Shown: one piece after another, positions 16,282 to 20,580 of the stretch
Layout: each line of letters opens with the position of its first letter
Position numbering within the stretch: the first letter of the stretch is position 1
Origin: a virus
DNA: 20,580 bases
Strand: one strand, 5' to 3'
IMG/VR virus record: IMGVR_UViG_3300038493_000007
Notes under the pieces: model-generated
Told to the model about the DNA's origin: nothing
The model's database searches: none
Seen by the model: the letters and a program-made list of their open reading frames with translations, nothing else
Translations under genes and position numbers: made by a program

Positions 16282-16627
16282 GCAATCTCACCCCATTTTC
16301 GGAATAATATTTTTTCATATCTCTTCCATTTAATTGCGATAACACAACAAAAAACTTTTCATCGTGTGGATTGATTCTTAAACCGTACTTCTCATTAGTA
16401 ATATAGTGTGCGAGTTCGTGAAGAGCTACTTCGTTGCGCTTTTCGATGGTTTCAAAATTAGAATCTAAATAAATAGTATTACCTATTATCTTTGCTCTTT
16501 GCCGTGTGTGTTTTTTGAAATTTGGTTTAAAAGATTTTTCTTTCCATTGAAGATTATACAGATATCTAATATACTGTGGCGCATTTTGTTGCGTGATTCT
16601 AAACACTTCATCACTAAACGTGTTCAT
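16271..16627 (-). CDS. SprT/YgjP-like HExxH Zn-metallopeptidase-domain protein
   Basis: VALHELAH followed by PHDEKFF (downstream His); strongly AT-rich. Confidence 0.7.
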   Translation of the reverse strand: MNTFSDEVFRITQQNAPQYIRYLYNLQWKEKSFKPNFKKHTRQRAKIIGNTIYLDSNFETIEKRNEVALHELAHYITNEKYGLRINPHDEKFFVVLSQLNGRDMKKYYSENGVRLLDE

Positions 16628-17157
16628 TTAACCACCTTCTCATTTTTATCCTTACTCAATTTTAAAACGATTTGAGGCTGTTCTTTCAGTTCAGATGTAA
16701 TATTACATTCGGACGTCAGTCCCTCGTGATATTTGGAAGGCTGAGTCTCACCAATTGGTACTTCTTCTCTCTCCCATTCATCATCTATCCATGTCTCCTC
16801 CACATGTCTTGAAATCACAGGTATCCATTTCTTCCCTTGCATGATTTGGTATCCATCCACTCCATGGACCACTATCCTGATCCCCGACACCTCTGGCGAG
16901 TGTTGCAGCATCATCTGGATCTTCTTTTTCTTATCAGATATATGGTGGATAGTAGATGTCTGGTCCATGATGATTTCCCATGGATCATATGAGATCGTGT
17001 CGATGCACCCCAATATATCGTTCTGACCGAACGACGACTTGTTGACTGTCCATGGTATCCTGCCCTGACTCTTTCTGTATTCGTGCACATACTGTTCCCT
17101 ATTTCTTGATGTCAACGGCTTCTTTTTTGTTGCTGTAGTAACAGAATTAGTATTCAT
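16624..17157 (-). CDS. PD-(D/E)xK nuclease, Holliday-junction-resolvase-like
   Basis: REQYVHEYRKSQG...SSFGQNDILGCIDTIS...IIMDQTS matches the E...G...D..G..D...Q layout of viral resolvase-like nucleases; the Lys is not canonical. Confidence 0.5.
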   Translation of the reverse strand: MNTNSVTTATKKKPLTSRNREQYVHEYRKSQGRIPWTVNKSSFGQNDILGCIDTISYDPWEIIMDQTSTIHHISDKKKKIQMMLQHSPEVSGIRIVVHGVDGYQIMQGKKWIPVISRHVEETWIDDEWEREEVPIGETQPSKYHEGLTSECNITSELKEQPQIVLKLSKDKNEKVVK

Positions 17158-17465
17158 TTTGTTTCACCTTCTATTTTTTCTCTGTTTTCCTTGCTTTTTA
17201 TAAATTCGATCAGTCGCATTCTTTTAATCTCAACATCATGTCCATCCCATTCTTTGTGATATTCTGGGGATATTCCCGCAATGTCTGCCTTAGGGATATG
17301 CCAGGATACCTGTCCTGTAGGGAGATCAATATACAGAATAGGCCAGTCTCCATTTTCCCTTATTCCTGCATTGTAGCCAAGTTGCCGTGCCATTCTAGCC
17401 ATTACCTGGACGCATAGATTTCTGTCCAGGTAAGCTTCATCAGGTTTGCTTTCGTATCCCATCAA
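17154..17465 (-). CDS. Conserved virus-type hypothetical protein with AY.DRN, LPTGQVSWH and WDGH motifs
   Basis: Motifs read directly; recalled as a phage-associated family of unknown function; ATGA overlaps on both sides. Confidence 0.7.
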   Translation of the reverse strand: MMGYESKPDEAYLDRNLCVQVMARMARQLGYNAGIRENGDWPILYIDLPTGQVSWHIPKADIAGISPEYHKEWDGHDVEIKRMRLIEFIKSKENREKIEGETK

Positions 17466-17677
17466 AACACCTCCATGCTTTCTCTTTTTATCGAAGTATA
17501 TTCACTCTTGTGGGATCGGCTGATATGAACCAGGATTCCGCCACCTCTGTATTCCCTGCCGTTGCCACAGATATTACACAAATAGAGCCTGTGCTGGCCC
17601 TTTTTTATTTTAGTGATGTACCGATTCTTCTTTAGCAAGGACCTTTCCACTCTTGCTAATGAGGCCATACTGTTCAT
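17462..17677 (-). CDS. C2H2 Zn-finger protein
   Basis: CNIC...HISRSH; GGAGGTG RBS at the 3' end serves the next gene; ATGA overlaps. Confidence 0.75.
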   Translation of the reverse strand: MNSMASLARVERSLLKKNRYITKIKKGQHRLYLCNICGNGREYRGGGILVHISRSHKSEYTSIKRESMEVF

Positions 17678-18444
17678 TGCGTCACCTCGATTGTCATAGA
17701 CATGTACTCCTGCTCCATCTTCTTCCTCAGTTCATTCCTGGTTCTTTCAGAGTTGACCTTCGGCTTGAATTTCATAAAGTAGTCAAGAGGCATTTCTCCC
17801 TGAGGAGCTCTTCTAAGGATTACGTCATCCTCAAATTCCCTGTATTTGTCCTCTTTGATTTCAAGCATGTATCTCTGTGAAAGATCTTTGAAATCCAGAT
17901 TGAGGGATTTAGGCAAATCAAGAATGCGGTTGCCATCAGTCCTGTATAATGCTGTGATATGAACCTTGCAGTTCATACTAGTATGCTCTGTGAACTGCCA
18001 GCTCCCATTCTTGAATATTAATTCTTCCTTCCCCCAGTAGCCGTCTTCAACCTGTTTGGAAATCAGTTTTTCAAGGGGGAGTCTCTTTGGCGGACTGAAA
18101 ATACCCTGTACATAGAGAGATCGCATGTACCATGCTCCCATCTCCTCCTCTATTCTTTGGTCGATCCTCAATCTCTTTCTTTCCTCGAGGGTTCTCTTCA
18201 GCCTGGTTAATTCGATCTCCTTCACGGAGAGCTGGCCTTTAAGCTCGATGATCTCCTTGTCAAGGTCATTTATCCTTAATTCCAGGTTATCCTTTGGCAT
18301 CAGTGAGTGTATGAATGTCCTATAGAGTTCAGATGCATTGTACTGTGGATTGTCTCGCAGGAAAGATTCAGTCTCAGGATCTGTTGTGATCGTCCTGGTT
18401 AATCTCTTTGAGATGCCTCTGGATGGTCTTCCGACTTTCCTCAT
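17674..18444 (-). CDS. DNA-binding (GRP + RHH-like N-terminus) coiled-coil protein
   Basis: MRKVGRPSRG, then TRTITTDPETESFL...NASELYRTFI (RHH-like pattern), then a long heptad stretch; GGAGG RBS. Confidence 0.75.
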   Translation of the reverse strand: MRKVGRPSRGISKRLTRTITTDPETESFLRDNPQYNASELYRTFIHSLMPKDNLELRINDLDKEIIELKGQLSVKEIELTRLKRTLEERKRLRIDQRIEEEMGAWYMRSLYVQGIFSPPKRLPLEKLISKQVEDGYWGKEELIFKNGSWQFTEHTSMNCKVHITALYRTDGNRILDLPKSLNLDFKDLSQRYMLEIKEDKYREFEDDVILRRAPQGEMPLDYFMKFKPKVNSERTRNELRKKMEQEYMSMTIEVTQ

Positions 18445-19313
18445 CTTTCCATCCTCCAGATCCTAGAGATCTTACTTAAAAAATAAAAAAAAGTAGTTAG
18501 TAAGTAAGTAGTAAGTAAAGTAAATAAATAATTTAAATAATTATTTATATTATAAAAAAAGAGAGAATCACTGGTTTTCTGGAATGAGTAGTTTTGAATT
18601 TCAGTATTTACAAAAATTATTAGAGCCTGCAAATTACTGCTTCTGCAAGATGTAATTATTTTTGAATAATTAGTATGTATTGAAATCTGGTTCTCCTCCA
18701 ATTGTTTCCCTGTTCGTGGTGGGACTTTGATCTGCTCGGACCACTGTTTTGCCATCGCACTGGCGATTCCGGGGCAGGTGATCGATCGTTCTTTGGGTCG
18801 GTCTAGGCTGGGGGGCATCTTCCATATTCTCTGTTCCCTTCCCTCCACGATGTCTGTCGGTGTAAGTTTGGGCAGATTCTTAAGCCACAGACAAGTTGCT
18901 TTTGTCTCTCCATGTCCGAACTGCCAGGGCTGGATGACCTGATCCGGTTTTCTGATAAGCTCTCTTGCATATTTATGCTGTATAGGATTTTCAACCGCTA
19001 TCATGGGAATATCACTATTAAGAAGTATGTTGAAGAATTCCGCACCCTTCCTCATGTTCTCCCACCGTTCCTCATTTCTTGTTTTATCAGGATTATATAA
19101 CCATCTGACTCCAGAGTTGGAAAGATAAGTGCATGGAGGATGTGCTACAATCATGTCCCACCCATCACTCAAGTGTTTCAGGACATCGTCCTGGATATGG
19201 TAAGGAGAAGATATCTCCGTAGGTAGGAGATCGCAGGACCATGCTTCGTGCCCTCTCTTCCTGAATGCCTCCCTGACGACTCCGGAAAATTCACATGCTA
19301 CGAGGATTTTCAT
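18441..19313 (-). CDS. DNA cytosine-C5 methyltransferase (small viral type) with a low-complexity C-terminal extension
   Basis: Motif I variant ACEFSG, CDL, catalytic AHPPC, VENP, QPWQFG..K.TCLW, GIASAMAKQW. True start is probably ATG 19313 (ATGA overlap) rather than 19373. Confidence 0.85.
   Translation of the reverse strand: MKILVACEFSGVVREAFRKRGHEAWSCDLLPTEISSPYHIQDDVLKHLSDGWDMIVAHPPCTYLSNSGVRWLYNPDKTRNEERWENMRKGAEFFNILLNSDIPMIAVENPIQHKYARELIRKPDQVIQPWQFGHGETKATCLWLKNLPKLTPTDIVEGREQRIWKMPPSLDRPKERSITCPGIASAMAKQWSEQIKVPPRTGKQLEENQISIHTNYSKIITSCRSSNLQALIIFVNTEIQNYSFQKTSDSLFFYNINNYLNYLFTLLTTYLLTTFFYFLSKISRIWRMER
18474..18560. repeat. AT-rich low-complexity tract with degenerate (A)AGTA tandem units; candidate replication origin or regulatory region
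   Basis: AAGTAGTTAGTAAGTAAGTAGTAAGTAAAGTAAATAAATAA (18491-18531), then an almost purely A/T stretch. Confidence 0.55.
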
Positions 19314-19456
19314 TGCTTCTGCCCCCTGGGGCTGTTGGGTAGCAGCACCCAGTATCTTTTGCAATCTGTGCAAACCAGATGCATTGACTTGATTTTTCCG
19401 TCACCTGATAGCGTTAGGGTCTCACTTCCGCAGTTGGGGCAGTAAATCTCGGTCAT
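19310..19456 (-). CDS. 48-aa Zn-ribbon protein (missed by the ORF track)
   Basis: Manual translation MTEIYCPNCGSETLTLSGDGKIKSMHLVCTDCKRYWVLLPNSPRGQKQ; ATGA overlaps at both ends. Confidence 0.8.
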   Translation of the reverse strand: MTEIYCPNCGSETLTLSGDGKIKSMHLVCTDCKRYWVLLPNSPRGQKQ

Positions 19457-19755
19457 TTCAACACCCTCCCATGTTCCAAAGCGTAATACTCGAACCTGTC
19501 AGATCTTTCAACTATCCTTATTCTTCCCTCGTTGCGAAGCTTCTTTGTATCGTTTATTATACAGTTTAGAAAGCTTGTAAGTCTCTGCTTGTCTACGAGA
19601 CTGCTGACCGCAAATCCCAGATACGGCAGAATATTCCTCCCGGATATGCCTGGGTGAGTCCTGATCACCTGAAAGACATCCTCCTTGGTGAACGGGATCC
19701 TTTGAACTTCAGATATGGATTGAAGGAAATGCGGTGGTGCGATCTGGTTTATCAT
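19453..19755 (-). CDS. Winged helix-turn-helix protein
   Basis: VFQVIRTHPGIS...KKLRNEGRIRIVE...FEYYA pattern (ArsR/MarR-like wHTH). Confidence 0.65.
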   Translation of the reverse strand: MINQIAPPHFLQSISEVQRIPFTKEDVFQVIRTHPGISGRNILPYLGFAVSSLVDKQRLTSFLNCIINDTKKLRNEGRIRIVERSDRFEYYALEHGRVLK

Positions 19756-20033
19756 TGTATCTCTCTCCTTACTGGCCAGAACCTTAGGGACTTCGAGTTA
19801 TTTCTTCTCTCGATCTCCACCTTTCCTTCCTCTCCTAATTTCTTGAGAATGTGAACCACGACCTGAGACGAGACAACTCTCTCCTTCGTCGTCCCCTTCT
19901 CAGAGTATAAAACATAATCAATCTTCGAGCAGATCGATTTAACTTCCGCTCCAGGTGCGAGCTCGACACATCTTAGCACTACTTCATCATTCAAATGATA
20001 CTTCTTCTTACTTTCTATTAATCTGCTCTGCAT
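19752..20033 (-). CDS. Winged helix-turn-helix protein
   Basis: VLRCVELAPG...VVVHILKKLGEEGKVEIE...LRFWP pattern. Confidence 0.65.
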   Translation of the reverse strand: MQSRLIESKKKYHLNDEVVLRCVELAPGAEVKSICSKIDYVLYSEKGTTKERVVSSQVVVHILKKLGEEGKVEIERRNNSKSLRFWPVRREIQ

Positions 20034-20034
20034 C

Positions 20035-20388
20035 TCAATGAACCTCCTTTCTAAATGCCTTTTTGTCCTTGTCGTAGGTATATCCCATGTCTTTCAGGAG
20101 AGTTGAGCATTTCTGGTAAGTCGGTTTTTCCATGTACTCTTCTGGGATTAGGAGATTGTCCAGCTCCTTCAATTTATATTTCCTTTTTATAGCCTCCAGA
20201 GCTGCCTTCATCTCTTCTGGGGGGATGCTCATATGTCCAGCACCAGAGCCTTTCCACAGGCCATAGGGCTCTATACTCCTATCAAGGAGCATTTCCATTA
20301 CCTTAGGACTCACCCCCTTTGAGCCACACTGTTTTTCAATAGTCTTGGCTCTGTTGATCATTTCATCCAACCAGGAATCAAAACTCAT
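20035..20388 (-). CDS. Hypothetical protein, 117 aa
   Basis: ORF with AGGAGG RBS; its 3' end carries the GGAGG RBS of the next gene. Confidence 0.75.
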   Translation of the reverse strand: MSFDSWLDEMINRAKTIEKQCGSKGVSPKVMEMLLDRSIEPYGLWKGSGAGHMSIPPEEMKAALEAIKRKYKLKELDNLLIPEEYMEKPTYQKCSTLLKDMGYTYDKDKKAFRKEVH

Positions 20389-20422
20389 TGTGAATCAGCC
20401 TCCTTATCTTCAGGGGAAATTG

Positions 20423-20578
20423 TCATAGAGATCTTGCCTCCTCAGGTGCTGCGTTTATGACATACCCTATGTTCTTAGATTCAGGCAATGGCTGTTTTAC
20501 CAGTTCATTTGCCTTCTTCTGCATTTCCGTCTTGAGCAGGAATCTGTCAAGTTCATCGCATACGTACCTGTAGGTTAT
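20423..20578 (-). CDS. 3' end of a hypothetical protein entering from the right edge
   Basis: Open frame ITYRYVCDELDRFLLKTEMQKKANELVKQPLPESKNIGYVINAAPEEARSL-stop; same strand as the operon. Confidence 0.55.
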   Translation of the reverse strand: MTYRYVCDELDRFLLKTEMQKKANELVKQPLPESKNIGYVINAAPEEARSL

Positions 20579-20580
20579 CT

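Larger units (their letters stand above)
1..20580. mobile_element. Archaeal virus / virus-like element (enveloped, spindle-shaped- or pleomorphic-like gene repertoire); ends not visible
   Basis: No housekeeping genes. Contains a tyrosine recombinase, P-loop ATPase, giant membrane-anchored adhesin, small hydrophobic and basic proteins, many Zn-finger/wHTH/RHH genes and DNA-modification enzymes. Gene packing is dense with ATGA overlaps. Confidence 0.85.

Noticed and set aside
18491-18531. CRISPR-like or mini-array interpretation of the AGTA repeats
   Set aside because: Units are 4-5 nt and degenerate, with no unique spacers.
19314-19373. N-terminal extension of the MTase given in the ORF track (start 19373)
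   Set aside because: Overlaps the 48-aa Zn-ribbon gene; motif I begins immediately after ATG 19313.
6972-20000. Remaining alternative-frame ORFs (e.g. 6972-7367, 8949-9560, 9076-9426, 13410-13646, 18727-19854)
   Set aside because: Shadow frames within long genes that have clear motifs.

Overview
The whole window looks like most of the genome of an archaeal, probably lipid-containing (spindle-shaped or pleomorphic) virus or virus-like element. There are no host housekeeping genes, RNA genes or CRISPR arrays. Archaeal origin is inferred from TTTATA/TTTAAA boxes about 25 nt upstream of ATGs, GGAGG(TG) RBSs and Ser/Thr/Asn-rich surface proteins with many N-x-S/T sequons; an acidophilic Thermoplasmatales-like host is my guess, not a demonstrated fact. 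Layout: (i) a minus-strand string of tiny Zn-finger/RHH-like genes (1-1244); (ii) a two-gene minus operon (1648-2302); (iii) an AT-rich plus-strand cassette with a TGT-fold (DpdA-like) protein fused to a DUF6884-like domain and a degenerate PD-(D/E)xK-like protein (2546-4123); (iv) a minus operon of four membrane proteins and two very basic small proteins (4251-6369), the likely virion envelope/capsid/nucleoprotein module; (v) a short tyrosine recombinase preceded by a perfect 10-7-10 inverted repeat (6541-7418); (vi) a roughly 13-kb translationally coupled minus-strand run with wHTH proteins, Zn fingers, a C5-cytosine methyltransferase, a resolvase-like nuclease, an HExxH protein, a 1824-aa mosaic adhesin, two membrane proteins and a P-loop ATPase. 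No replication protein or tailed-virus hallmark gene was recognised. All family assignments come from motifs read by eye, with no database search.
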